From Pseudomonadota bacterium (lineage in GTDB: Bacteria; Pseudomonadota; Gammaproteobacteria; Ga0077536), in the NCBI GenBank assembly GCA_036158955.1, contig JAYYFI010000016.1, forward strand, positions 13,569 to 77,568: a stretch of 64,000 bases of DNA, given 5' to 3'. The position numbers were made by a program, and so were the translations under genes. The notes beneath the pieces were generated by a model. The model had not been told where the DNA came from. It ran no database searches and saw only the letters and a program-made list of their open reading frames with translations. This document shows positions 41,189-50,901 of this stretch, in pieces (the first letter of the stretch is position 1; the number at the start of each line of letters is the position of its first letter).

Positions 41189-42826
41189 ATGGAACGAATT
41201 AGACCTTTTCTAATGATTACTTTAATCTTTTTAGGCTTGCTGTTATGGCAGGCTTGGGAAGATAAATATAACTCTCAAATAAAATCAGACCCTATAACAC
41301 AGCCTAATTCTTTCGATAATAATGTTTTGCCCAGTAACGATAGTGATATCGATGTTCCTAAGCCACCAATTAGTGCAAACAAAAATGTTCCGGCGAGTAA
41401 CGTCCTTAATGAACCAACAGAATTAACGCGGATAGAAACAGATGTATTTGATCTAGGGTTTAACACTAAAGGAGGTTTGATCACTGAACTATTATTAAAA
41501 GATTATCCAATTTCAATTAACCGTCCAAATGATTATGTTGAAATGCTCAACACTTCCAACTTAAATTTTTTTGCATACCAAAATGGATTGGCGGGGGATG
41601 AAAATCTGCCCAACCACAACTCTCAATATGACTTAGAGTTTTTAGGATTTGAAAACACTAAAGATAAAGGTTTTTTGACTGCTGTGTTTAAACATTCAAA
41701 AAACAATATCTCAGTAAAAAAAACATATAAAATCGAAGCGGATAAATATTTAATTAACGTGGAATATTTGATCAAAAATAATTCCTCATCAGCAATAGCC
41801 GTTCATAACTATGAACAATTAAAGCGCAAAGTTATTTCTTCTAGAAACGGTTTAATTTATACCTATGCCGGAGCGGTGTTCTCAACACCGGATAATCGTT
41901 ACGAAAAATATGATTTTGATGACCTAATTGACCAGCCTATCAAAGAAAAGAATTATAATAGTTGGATTGGAAATATGCAGCATTATTTTGTAGCTGCATT
42001 AGTTCCACCACCATCACTAAATTATAGCTATTATTCTAAAACTTTTCCCGGCACTAATGAGTATACTGTGGGCCTAGTAAGCGACGGTTATAATATTGAA
42101 CCTAACAAATCAATTAAATTACAAAGTTCTTTTTATGTTGGTCCAAAAACTCAACCAGTAATGCAAAAAATTGCTCCTGGTCTTGATTTAACTGTGGATT
42201 ATGGAATTCTATGGTTCCTATCAAAGCCTTTATTTATAACCTTAAGCTTCATTTATGAAATCGTGAGAAATTGGGGCTGGGCAATCATAATACTTACAAT
42301 CTTTATTAAATTAATATTTTATCCATTATCAGCTGCGGGCTACAGGTCGATGGCAAAATTAAAAACAGTCCAACCTAAAATGATGGCAATTAAGGAACGA
42401 TATTCAACCGATAAAACACAAATGAACCAAGCAATGATGAAATTATATAAGGATGAAAAAATAAATCCTTTAGGAGGCTGTTTTCCAATATTAGTACAAA
42501 TACCTGTGTTTATTGCTTTATATTGGGTTTTATTGGAAAGTGTTGAGATGCGCCAAGCACCTTTTGTAGGATGGATAAATGATTTATCCTCGAAAGACCC
42601 ATTTTTCGTATTACCTGTCTTGATGGGTCTTAGTATGTGGATCCAGCAAAAACTAAACCCTCCTCCTGTTGATCCTATCCAAGCAAAAGTAATGCAATTT
42701 TTGCCAATCATGTTTACGGCTTTTTTTGCTTTTTTTCCCTCTGGTCTGGTTTTATATTGGTTGGCAAATAATGTCTTATCTATCTTACAACAGTGGAGAA
42801 TTACCCAACAGTTAGAAAAGAAATAG
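41189..42826 (+). CDS. yidC: Membrane protein insertase YidC
   Basis: DYGILWF, NWGWAII, NPLGGCFP, QIPVFIALY, GLVLYW..NN. Confidence 0.97.
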   Translation: MERIRPFLMITLIFLGLLLWQAWEDKYNSQIKSDPITQPNSFDNNVLPSNDSDIDVPKPPISANKNVPASNVLNEPTELTRIETDVFDLGFNTKGGLITELLLKDYPISINRPNDYVEMLNTSNLNFFAYQNGLAGDENLPNHNSQYDLEFLGFENTKDKGFLTAVFKHSKNNISVKKTYKIEADKYLINVEYLIKNNSSSAIAVHNYEQLKRKVISSRNGLIYTYAGAVFSTPDNRYEKYDFDDLIDQPIKEKNYNSWIGNMQHYFVAALVPPPSLNYSYYSKTFPGTNEYTVGLVSDGYNIEPNKSIKLQSSFYVGPKTQPVMQKIAPGLDLTVDYGILWFLSKPLFITLSFIYEIVRNWGWAIIILTIFIKLIFYPLSAAGYRSMAKLKTVQPKMMAIKERYSTDKTQMNQAMMKLYKDEKINPLGGCFPILVQIPVFIALYWVLLESVEMRQAPFVGWINDLSSKDPFFVLPVLMGLSMWIQQKLNPPPVDPIQAKVMQFLPIMFTAFFAFFPSGLVLYWLANNVLSILQQWRITQQLEKK

Positions 42827-42832
42827 AATCAA

Positions 42833-44176
42833 ATGTTAAATGACACAATTGCAGCTATATCGACACCAAGTGGAAGGGCTGGGATTGGTGTTATACGTGT
42901 CTCTGGCCAATATGCTATTGAAGTCGCGCAAATTGTTACCGGTAAAGAACTTAAGGATAGAGCGCCAGCCCTGTGTAATATCAGAGACCGAAACAATCAG
43001 GTTCTGGATGAGGTTATCGTGATTCTTTACGCAGCTCCAAGGTCTTATACTGGAGAAAATCTTATTGAGATTCAGTGTCATGGCAACCCAATAATATTAA
43101 ATGAAATTATTGCTCTGTGTTGTGCGAGGGGTGCTAGACCCGCTAACCCGGGGGAATTTACAGAAAGAGCTTTTAGAAATGGAAAGCTGTCATTGGAGAA
43201 AGCTGAAGCGGTCGCTGATCTTATCAATAGTCAAAGTTTACGGGCGGTAAGAAGTGCGCGACGCTCGCTTTCAGGCACCTTCTCCAAAAAGATAAGTTTA
43301 ATCTTAACACTATTAAAAAATTCTTTGATACAAATAGAAGCATCGATAGACTTTAGTGAGGTGTCCATTGGTGACACTACTCGTTCGTTAAAAGATAACT
43401 TAGAAAAACAAAAACTGGAGCTAGAAAATTTAATCTCGGATGCTAAAAGAGGAGTCAAATTATCAATGGGTTTACAGGTGGTTTTGGCAGGAAGACCGAA
43501 TGTTGGCAAGTCTAGCCTTCTGAATAGTTTATCGTCCTCAAACAGAGCAATTGTAAGCGAACAACCCGGAACAACGCGTGACACTGTAGATGTTTCGCTT
43601 GAATTAAACGGTAATGTATTAAAAATAATTGATACTGCGGGGATACGAGAAAATGCTGATGAAATCGAAAAAGAGGGCATTAACAGAACCAAGGAAGCTA
43701 TTCAGTTAAGTGATCTGGTGTTGCTCATAATTGATAATACCGATGATTTAAATGATATTAATGAGACCCTAAAAAGTATTGGATTAGAAAAATATAAAAA
43801 TAAATCAATGATAGTATTAAATAAAATTGATAAGATGAAAGAATACAATAAAGTACTAGATAACAAAAAAAATATTGTTGGTGTGTCAGCACTTACAGGT
43901 GAAGGCATGGCTACCTTAATAGATATGATAACTTCATATTTGGCACCAGAAGAAGAAGTTGAGACAGAATTTACAGCAAGAGCCCGACATATTATAGCTT
44001 TAGAATGCGCTCTATCTGAGTTAGATAATATTTCTAACTTAACAACTAATTCTAATCCAGAATTGCTTGCAGAACATTACAAAATTTCTATAAACTTTTT
44101 GTCTCAAATTACAGGTGATTACAGTACGGAAGATCTTTTGGGAGACATATTTAGTAAATTTTGTATTGGTAAATAA
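42833..44176 (+). CDS. mnmE: tRNA modification GTPase MnmE
   Basis: DTIAAIST, GEFTERAF.NGK, GRPNVGKSS, DTAGIR, C-terminal FCIGK. Confidence 0.97.
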   Translation: MLNDTIAAISTPSGRAGIGVIRVSGQYAIEVAQIVTGKELKDRAPALCNIRDRNNQVLDEVIVILYAAPRSYTGENLIEIQCHGNPIILNEIIALCCARGARPANPGEFTERAFRNGKLSLEKAEAVADLINSQSLRAVRSARRSLSGTFSKKISLILTLLKNSLIQIEASIDFSEVSIGDTTRSLKDNLEKQKLELENLISDAKRGVKLSMGLQVVLAGRPNVGKSSLLNSLSSSNRAIVSEQPGTTRDTVDVSLELNGNVLKIIDTAGIRENADEIEKEGINRTKEAIQLSDLVLLIIDNTDDLNDINETLKSIGLEKYKNKSMIVLNKIDKMKEYNKVLDNKKNIVGVSALTGEGMATLIDMITSYLAPEEEVETEFTARARHIIALECALSELDNISNLTTNSNPELLAEHYKISINFLSQITGDYSTEDLLGDIFSKFCIGK

Positions 44177-44191
44177 AAGTGACTGATTAAG

Positions 44192-45100
44192 TTGAAAAAT
44201 TGTTTAATTATAACTTTGAGTAATATCGGCGACTTGATAATGACCACGCCGATCTTCGAAGCATTAAACAAAAACTTTCCTGGCATCAAAATTGATGCTG
44301 TTGGGGATAAGCGTTCATCCATACTGCTGAAGCCTTTTCCATATGTCGATAAAATTTTTAATAAAAATAAAAAGGCTAATTTTAAAGAAAAATTTGGTTT
44401 TATTAATTTATTGAGACAAACAGAATATGATTTAATTTTAGATTTGAGGACCCCCTTTCTGCCATTCTTACTAAGGGGAAACAGAAAGATAACTAATTGC
44501 ACTAAAAAAGACAAAAACCAGCACTCTGTTTATCACCATTTTTCTATTATAGATAAAATTGTGCCTGATTGGAAAACTCCACCACCTTGTAAACTGTATC
44601 TTTCTAAAGCGGCTGAGAAAGCATTGGAACTTAATCAAGGCTTAAGTTTAGATGAGGAATTCTATGTTGTCGCACCTGGTGCAAATTGGTCAGAAAAAAT
44701 CTGGCCCGGTGTTAAATATGGATTACTAATTCGTACTTGTTTGAAGCAAAAGTTAACGAATCAAGTGGTTCTGTTAGGAAGTAATACTGACGCGGAAATT
44801 GACTTAGACTTGGGAACGTCAGCTAATAATATATTAGACATGCGCGGAAAAACAAAACTTTTGGAAGCAGTATCTATTATGAATCGGGCAAAACTATTTG
44901 TTGGTAATGATAGTGGTCTTGGCCATATGGCAGCAAGTGTAGGTTGCAAAACGTTAACACTGTTCGGCCCGGGCAACTCTCAACGGTACAGACCATGGCA
45001 TTCCGAAGGAACGGTCCTATTAGCGCCGAATTCAAAATTAAAGCATCTTTCAGTTTATGATGTGCTCGAAAAAGTAAAAGGAATTGCGGCATGCGGATAG
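44192..45100 (+). CDS. Glycosyltransferase family 9 (heptosyltransferase-like)
   Basis: SNIGDLIMTTP, PGA....KIWP, GNDSGLGHMAAS, LFGP. Confidence 0.88.
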   Translation: MKNCLIITLSNIGDLIMTTPIFEALNKNFPGIKIDAVGDKRSSILLKPFPYVDKIFNKNKKANFKEKFGFINLLRQTEYDLILDLRTPFLPFLLRGNRKITNCTKKDKNQHSVYHHFSIIDKIVPDWKTPPPCKLYLSKAAEKALELNQGLSLDEEFYVVAPGANWSEKIWPGVKYGLLIRTCLKQKLTNQVVLLGSNTDAEIDLDLGTSANNILDMRGKTKLLEAVSIMNRAKLFVGNDSGLGHMAASVGCKTLTLFGPGNSQRYRPWHSEGTVLLAPNSKLKHLSVYDVLEKVKGIAACG

Positions 45101-46140
45101 TGCACTTAATGTTATCTAAAGATTTAGGAGGGGCTGAGAAATCTTATATCGAAATTGTTAACAGTTTAGCAGACAACGATTTAAAAATATTAGCAATTGG
45201 TGTTGGAGGGGGTAAGGCAGAACAATATTTGTACACTCGTCGAAATATTTCGATTGATACTGTATTTTGTTTAAATTCATATGATTTCCTTGCGGTCATA
45301 CAACTATTGTTAAAAATAAAAGCATTTCGTCCTGATTTGATTCATTGTCATTTAGCTAGAGCAACAAAATTTGGAGGTTTGATAGGCAAATTTTTATCAG
45401 TTCCCGTCATTTCTAAAACTCATAATTTGGTAAATCCAAAATATTATCGTAACACCACAAGAATTGTTGTAACTACAGAGGCGCAGCTAGTACATATGCT
45501 TAGCCATGGTTTTGAGCGAGAGCAACTGGTCAAAATACCGAATTTCTTAGGTGTTGATAGCGAAATCACAGAGCAATTCAAAGCTCAAAATAAAATAAAA
45601 CATGATGATTTTATGATAAAAACACTTGGAAGATTTGTGAAGAAAAAAGGGTTTGATAATCTTGTAAACGCAGTTATTGATTTAAGAGATAGAGGAGTGC
45701 GAGTCTCGCTACATATTGCTGGATCTGGGCCAGAAGAAGCATCTCTTTTAAAATCAATTAATGGAAGCGGGCATAGTGGTGAAATTCAATTACACAGATG
45801 GGTAGACGATGTTAGTGGTTTTTTAAGTGACGCTGATCTGTTCGTATTACCGTCTCTTGATGAACCTTTTGGTCTTGTAATTCTTGATGCAATGTCAACG
45901 GGAGTTCCTATTTTATCGACGAAAACTCAAGGGCCTTTAGAAATACTAAGTACGGAAACTGCTTATTTTTTAGAAGCTTCTAATAAGAATGAAATCGCAA
46001 AAAAAATTGAACTAGTAATTGAAGATCCGTTCAGGCTTGAGAAAGCGGTCAAAGCAAACCAAGAGTTTAAAACTAAATATTCGGCTGAAGCAGTAGTACC
46101 TTTGTACATTAATCTGTACAAAAAAATTTTAGCCTACTAA
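45091..46140 (+). CDS. Glycosyltransferase family 4
   Basis: GGAEK, GRFVKKKGFD, LPSLDEPFGLVILDAM. Confidence 0.88.
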   Translation: MRIVHLMLSKDLGGAEKSYIEIVNSLADNDLKILAIGVGGGKAEQYLYTRRNISIDTVFCLNSYDFLAVIQLLLKIKAFRPDLIHCHLARATKFGGLIGKFLSVPVISKTHNLVNPKYYRNTTRIVVTTEAQLVHMLSHGFEREQLVKIPNFLGVDSEITEQFKAQNKIKHDDFMIKTLGRFVKKKGFDNLVNAVIDLRDRGVRVSLHIAGSGPEEASLLKSINGSGHSGEIQLHRWVDDVSGFLSDADLFVLPSLDEPFGLVILDAMSTGVPILSTKTQGPLEILSTETAYFLEASNKNEIAKKIELVIEDPFRLEKAVKANQEFKTKYSAEAVVPLYINLYKKILAY

Positions 46141-47091
46141 TTTTGTCTGTTCCAATTCACTCCACACCTGATTAATACTAATAGAGGCAATATCAACATT
46201 TGATTTTTCAGAGGATATTGCCCTAAATTTGTCACCAATCGCATGATGAACATTTTTGTTGGATGGACCGAAAATTCCAAACACGGGTATATTGCAAGAA
46301 GACAGAATGTGCATAGGTGCCGAGTCATTTGTTACGGCAAAGGAAGCAAATGTACCTAAACAAGCTAATTCTCGTATTGTAAATAATCCCGTCGTGTTAA
46401 TACCGATTTTGCTCGAAAGAGTTTTATTTACATCTTTGTCATCACTTCCTCCGACCCACACAATTTCGTAGCCTTCAGAGTTTAGTTTAGCGGCCAAAAG
46501 ATCAAAAAAAGGCCATCTTTTATTCTTTCGATTTTGGTTAGAGCCTGCATGAAGAATAACGAAATTTTTATTAAAAGTATTATTACTTATCCATTTCCTT
46601 ATTTTGAATTTTTCTTCTTCTCCATACTCAATACAAGGTATTTGACTAATGTCTTTAATTCCATCCATTTCAAGTAGGTTTTTCATTCGATAGAAAATAT
46701 GGACTTGTTTATTCCATGCTTGCTTTGGGAAGATAGTATTCGGAAATCTATGATTTCCAATTTTCTCTCTTGCGTTACAAAAAAATACCAAGGTTCTGGA
46801 TTTTTTGTTTCCTTGAAAATCATATATTTTGTTCCAAAATGTTTTTCTAATTGTAGATAGGATTTTAAAAGTTGCCCACCAAGATGAATCAGTTAACTTA
46901 ATTAGCGAAACCCCATCCCAACCGTCAAAAAAAGCCGCATAAGTTTTTCTGGTTAAGATTACGATTTGCGCATTTTTATTATTTTGTATAATGGCCCTTA
47001 TTAGCGGAGTCGCGATTATCAGATCGCCCAAAGCCCCGAGCTTGATTATTAAGATTTTATTGCTCTCTTGTAGTTTATTTATGCTTTTCAT
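46129..47091 (-). CDS. Glycosyltransferase family 9
   Basis: KLGALGDLI..TP, KRWP, NDSAPMHI, IFGPS; start placed at ATG 47091 overlapping the upstream gene. Confidence 0.88.
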   Translation of the reverse strand: MKSINKLQESNKILIIKLGALGDLIIATPLIRAIIQNNKNAQIVILTRKTYAAFFDGWDGVSLIKLTDSSWWATFKILSTIRKTFWNKIYDFQGNKKSRTLVFFCNAREKIGNHRFPNTIFPKQAWNKQVHIFYRMKNLLEMDGIKDISQIPCIEYGEEEKFKIRKWISNNTFNKNFVILHAGSNQNRKNKRWPFFDLLAAKLNSEGYEIVWVGGSDDKDVNKTLSSKIGINTTGLFTIRELACLGTFASFAVTNDSAPMHILSSCNIPVFGIFGPSNKNVHHAIGDKFRAISSEKSNVDIASISINQVWSELEQTKLVG

Positions 47092-48199
47092 TGGAAATTT
47101 CTTGATAAATATTGATCGTGCTATCCAACATATTTTGAAGAGGAAAAGGGTTTTTGGGAGGAACAATTTGTGTGTTTTGTAAAAACATGGCTACTTTATC
47201 TGCTGCTTCATTGATCATAAATGGCTCAACCAGGCCACTTGGGAACCATTTTTTTAAAATTTCACCGGTCCCTCCATGGTTATAACCTATTACCGGGGTA
47301 CCCAAACTAAGTGATTCGGCAGTTGTTCTACCAAACGCTTCAGGTTTCTCAGTTAGCGAAAATGTTATGCTTGATATGGCCATAATCTGCCTTAAGTCTC
47401 TCCTATTTCCCAAAATAGTGACCTGATTAGATAAGCCTAATGTTTCAATTTTTTTTTGCAAGAATCCACGGTATTTGATTTTATTTTTGTGGGCCCCACC
47501 AACAATCAAACCGTGAAACTCTAAACCCCTTTTTTTCAGATTGAAAAGCAAATTGATAAATTGTTCTTGCCCTTTCCATCTAGTAAGTCTTCCTGGCAAA
47601 GTTAAAATTGGTTTTTCTACAGGCCATGGTTCTTTGAGCGAGCAAATGAACCAACTTTTATCAGGCTTATATCCCGGATAATATTTTTTAACATCTATAC
47701 CCCTAGGGATCGTTACGATTTTTTTTGGATCGATGTTATAATTTTTGACTATGTAATTTTTTATAAAATCAGAAACGGCAATTACTTTTTCGCCGGAAGT
47801 CATTATCTTGCTATAGGAATTTACCGTATAGGGACCATGTACAGTGGTTAACCACGATATTTTTCTTATTCCCCTTATTCTGTTTAGTGCCAATTTGCTT
47901 ATCCAAGCAGGAAGCCTAGAGCGAGCATGAATAATATTCACTTCCTCATTTAAAAATATTTCTGACAGTTTTCGAATTAATAGAAACGTAGATATTTTCT
48001 TTCTTCCAATTTCTAATGGAATATGTTTGATTTTTAGATCATTTAGTTCAGACGTAAGCTCGCCACCTTCAGATATGATCAACGGTCGAAAATCTTTCTC
48101 GAGTAATTCTCTAGATAGATCAATAACACCTCGTTCGACACCACCAGTGGTTAATGCTGGCAATACTTGAACTATTGTAGATTTAGGCTTGGAACTCAT
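47075..48199 (-). CDS. Glycosyltransferase family 4
   Basis: GGVERG, HARSRLPAW, GRLTRWKGQ, PEAFGRT..E. Confidence 0.9.
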   Translation of the reverse strand: MSSKPKSTIVQVLPALTTGGVERGVIDLSRELLEKDFRPLIISEGGELTSELNDLKIKHIPLEIGRKKISTFLLIRKLSEIFLNEEVNIIHARSRLPAWISKLALNRIRGIRKISWLTTVHGPYTVNSYSKIMTSGEKVIAVSDFIKNYIVKNYNIDPKKIVTIPRGIDVKKYYPGYKPDKSWFICSLKEPWPVEKPILTLPGRLTRWKGQEQFINLLFNLKKRGLEFHGLIVGGAHKNKIKYRGFLQKKIETLGLSNQVTILGNRRDLRQIMAISSITFSLTEKPEAFGRTTAESLSLGTPVIGYNHGGTGEILKKWFPSGLVEPFMINEAADKVAMFLQNTQIVPPKNPFPLQNMLDSTINIYQEISNEKHK

Positions 48200-49082
48200 T
48201 TGAAAATAAACTAATTATTTTTTTTGCAACTGTTTCAGATTCACAAATTTGCATTTCTAGGAAGCTCGCTTTGCTATTTAAAGTTTGCTTTTTTGTAAGA
48301 GATTTTACGTGGCGAACCAGATTGCTATCAATTTTCTGTTGTAAGTCAATAATTCCAACTTTTGCGCCTGCTGTCAGTGCTTCGTAAATCATCGCCATGC
48401 TATCAGCTGTTATCCAAGCAAATTCTGCCTCTTCTAGCTTTTTATCTAGTGTGCTTGAACTAGTATAATTACTGTCATAGTATCTTAAAGAGTCAGATTG
48501 AATCTTAATCAGGCTTTTTTTCACTTTTTCTGGCGTTCTTCTTGAATCAGCTACGCTCCACATTGTTGCCGGTTTGCTGCTTATAATATTGCGAATTGAT
48601 TTTATTACTTCGTCCTTACTAAAGTGAAAATGTTTTGAAGGCCCCCCAACCAAAATCAGTCCTCCTTTTTTATCGACCTCACTATTTTTTAATGGATTGA
48701 GCGGCCCTTGAGTTATAAAAACATTAGTCCCATTAGTGTTGTCGTGTTTTGGGATGATACACAAGTCAAAAAGTTTTGTCGGTATGGATGGTTTCATTAA
48801 GCATATCGATTTGCCTCCAAGAATTTTACTTAGAAGTATTATAGTTAGATGGGTTTTATGGCCAGCTCCTATTATTAAGTTAGGCTTCTTTTTCAAATAT
48901 TTTTTTTTGGCATATAGTTCTAATAAGGCATTCACAAACCCACCATTAAATTTGTGCAATTCTAATCTATGTCTTATTAGTATCCGTTCGAGGGCATTCA
49001 CTAAGCCAGACACTTGACGTTCGTGCCCCGGTTTTCCATCGGAAATCTGCCAAACCACCAAATCCTTCAAGTGTTTTGCCAA
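48183..49082 (-). CDS. ELM1/GtrOC1-family putative glycosyltransferase
   Basis: SDGKPGH..Q..GL, IIPKHD, LVGGPSKH, SRRTP, ITADSMAMIYEA. Confidence 0.85.
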   Translation of the reverse strand: MAKHLKDLVVWQISDGKPGHERQVSGLVNALERILIRHRLELHKFNGGFVNALLELYAKKKYLKKKPNLIIGAGHKTHLTIILLSKILGGKSICLMKPSIPTKLFDLCIIPKHDNTNGTNVFITQGPLNPLKNSEVDKKGGLILVGGPSKHFHFSKDEVIKSIRNIISSKPATMWSVADSRRTPEKVKKSLIKIQSDSLRYYDSNYTSSSTLDKKLEEAEFAWITADSMAMIYEALTAGAKVGIIDLQQKIDSNLVRHVKSLTKKQTLNSKASFLEMQICESETVAKKIISLFSNEFQA

Positions 49083-49091
49083 CTTATTCCC

Positions 49092-50015
49092 TCAGGAAAT
49101 AAAAGTAAGCCAGTCCTCATCAAACGTGTTTACCCCTTTTACTGCTTCGAGATAAGCTTTTTGAAGTAAGGATGTTATTTTACCTATGCTACCTGCCCCA
49201 ATCTGTCGACCATCTAATTCTCTTATAGGAGTTACCTCAGCCGCAGTTCCTGTAAAAAAAGCTTCATCGGATATATATACTTCGTCTCTTGTTATTTTTT
49301 TTTCAGAAATTTTTAAATTAAGCTTTTTGGCAAGTTGTATTATCGTCTCCCTCGTAATTCCCTCCAAAGCAGAGGTTAGTACAGGTGTAAAAAGTTCCCC
49401 ATTTTTTACAATGAAAAGATTTTCCCCTGTACCTTCTGCAACCATGCCCTCTGCATCTAAAAGAAGCGCTTCGTCATATCCATCCTTGGCTACTTCTTGA
49501 AGGGCCATTACTGAATTAATATATCCTCCAGTAGCTTTTGCTCGACACATGACGCTATTTACCATATGTCTCGTAAATGAAGAAGTTTTAACCCTTATGC
49601 CTTTAGTGAGCGCGTCTTCTCCAAGATAAGTCCCCCACATCCATGATGCTATTGAAACATGCACCGATAAATTGTTCGCATGAAGCCCCATGCCTTCTGA
49701 GCCATAAAAAACCAATGGCCTGATATATGCTGATTTAAGTTTATTACTTTTTACAGATTGGATGGATGCATTTTCAATTTCTTTAGGGCTAAAAGGAATT
49801 TTCATTCCTAGTATATGTGCCGTTTTGAACAGTCTGTCAATATGCTCCTTAAGTCTAAATATAGCTGTGCCGTTTCTCGTTTCATAAGCTCTCATTCCTT
49901 CGAAGGCTGCCACGCCATAGTGTAGTGAGTGAGTAAGTATATGAATATTAGCCTCCCTCCATGGAACTTCAACCCCATCCATCCAAATAAATCCATCTCG
50001 ATCGGAAAAACTCAT
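49092..50015 (-). CDS. ilvE: Branched-chain amino acid aminotransferase
   Basis: HSLHYG..FEG.RAY, YIRP, AKATGGY, EGTGEN, LEGITR, GTAAEVTP. Confidence 0.96.
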   Translation of the reverse strand: MSFSDRDGFIWMDGVEVPWREANIHILTHSLHYGVAAFEGMRAYETRNGTAIFRLKEHIDRLFKTAHILGMKIPFSPKEIENASIQSVKSNKLKSAYIRPLVFYGSEGMGLHANNLSVHVSIASWMWGTYLGEDALTKGIRVKTSSFTRHMVNSVMCRAKATGGYINSVMALQEVAKDGYDEALLLDAEGMVAEGTGENLFIVKNGELFTPVLTSALEGITRETIIQLAKKLNLKISEKKITRDEVYISDEAFFTGTAAEVTPIRELDGRQIGAGSIGKITSLLQKAYLEAVKGVNTFDEDWLTFIS

Positions 50016-50122
50016 TAATACTCTCCTAGCTTGAGATTAAGTCTAATTTACTAAATTACGAAACAATAATTTAAACCATGTCGAAATTGTAGCTCATCAA
50101 AAAGTCTGTTGAAACACTGAAT

Positions 50123-50536
50123 TTAGTGTTCTTCTTTATTATATTCACCCTCTATTGTCGCACCTTTATTGTTAGGCTGTTCAATATCATGGGTATTTGT
50201 ACTTAAACCCAGTATTGCATATAACATTATAGTTAACCCGATAGAATCGGAAATTAATCCTGGAATAATTAATAACAAACCTGAAATACAATATAATAAA
50301 GATTTGAATATTTGATTTTTATTATTTATTTGGGGCTCTAAGATTAGCTCGATTGCTCTCAATGCTCCGACTTTTGCGCGAGATAAATTGTAAAAACCGA
50401 TAATTCCGGAAACTAGTATAATAGATACGATATCTATGAATGATAAAAAGTTACTAGCTAAAATAAAAATAACTATTTCAATCAATGGTAAAAGTAAAAC
50501 AGTAATAAAAACTGGTAATAGCATAAGGAAAATCAC
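50123..50536 (-). CDS. fxsA: FxsA family membrane protein
   Basis: PLIEI, GLLLIIPGLISD.IGL, C-terminal IEGEY; divergent from cutA. Confidence 0.85.
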   Translation of the reverse strand: MIFLMLLPVFITVLLLPLIEIVIFILASNFLSFIDIVSIILVSGIIGFYNLSRAKVGALRAIELILEPQINNKNQIFKSLLYCISGLLLIIPGLISDSIGLTIMLYAILGLSTNTHDIEQPNNKGATIEGEYNKEEH

Positions 50537-50568
50537 AAAAAAATGTTAGATCATGGTTTGTATTAAAA

Positions 50569-50901
50569 ATGATTTCGGGCATCCAATCAAATCTAGTTAT
50601 AGTTTTTTCGAGTTGTTCTAATGAAAATAGGGCGTCTGCTCTATCAGAAAGGATAATTGAAAGTGGTTTAGCCGGCTGTATAAAAATATTACCTGTAAAA
50701 ATATCAATCTATATGTGGAAAGGAAAGCTCATTAAAGAACCAGAAGTCTTGTTGATGATAAAAACATTAGAAAATAAGGTCGAGCAGTTAAAGCATTTCA
50801 TTTTAGAGCACCACGAGTATGAAACCCCAGAGTTTTCAGTCGTTCCAGTGTCAAAAGTTAATGAAAATTATTTGGTTTGGATTGAGCAATGCCTCGTTTA
50901 A
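50569..50901 (+). CDS. cutA: Divalent-cation tolerance protein CutA
   Basis: LAGCI, SIYMWKG, E..LMIKT, HHEYETPE, YLVW. Confidence 0.92.
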   Translation: MISGIQSNLVIVFSSCSNENRASALSERIIESGLAGCIKILPVKISIYMWKGKLIKEPEVLLMIKTLENKVEQLKHFILEHHEYETPEFSVVPVSKVNENYLVWIEQCLV

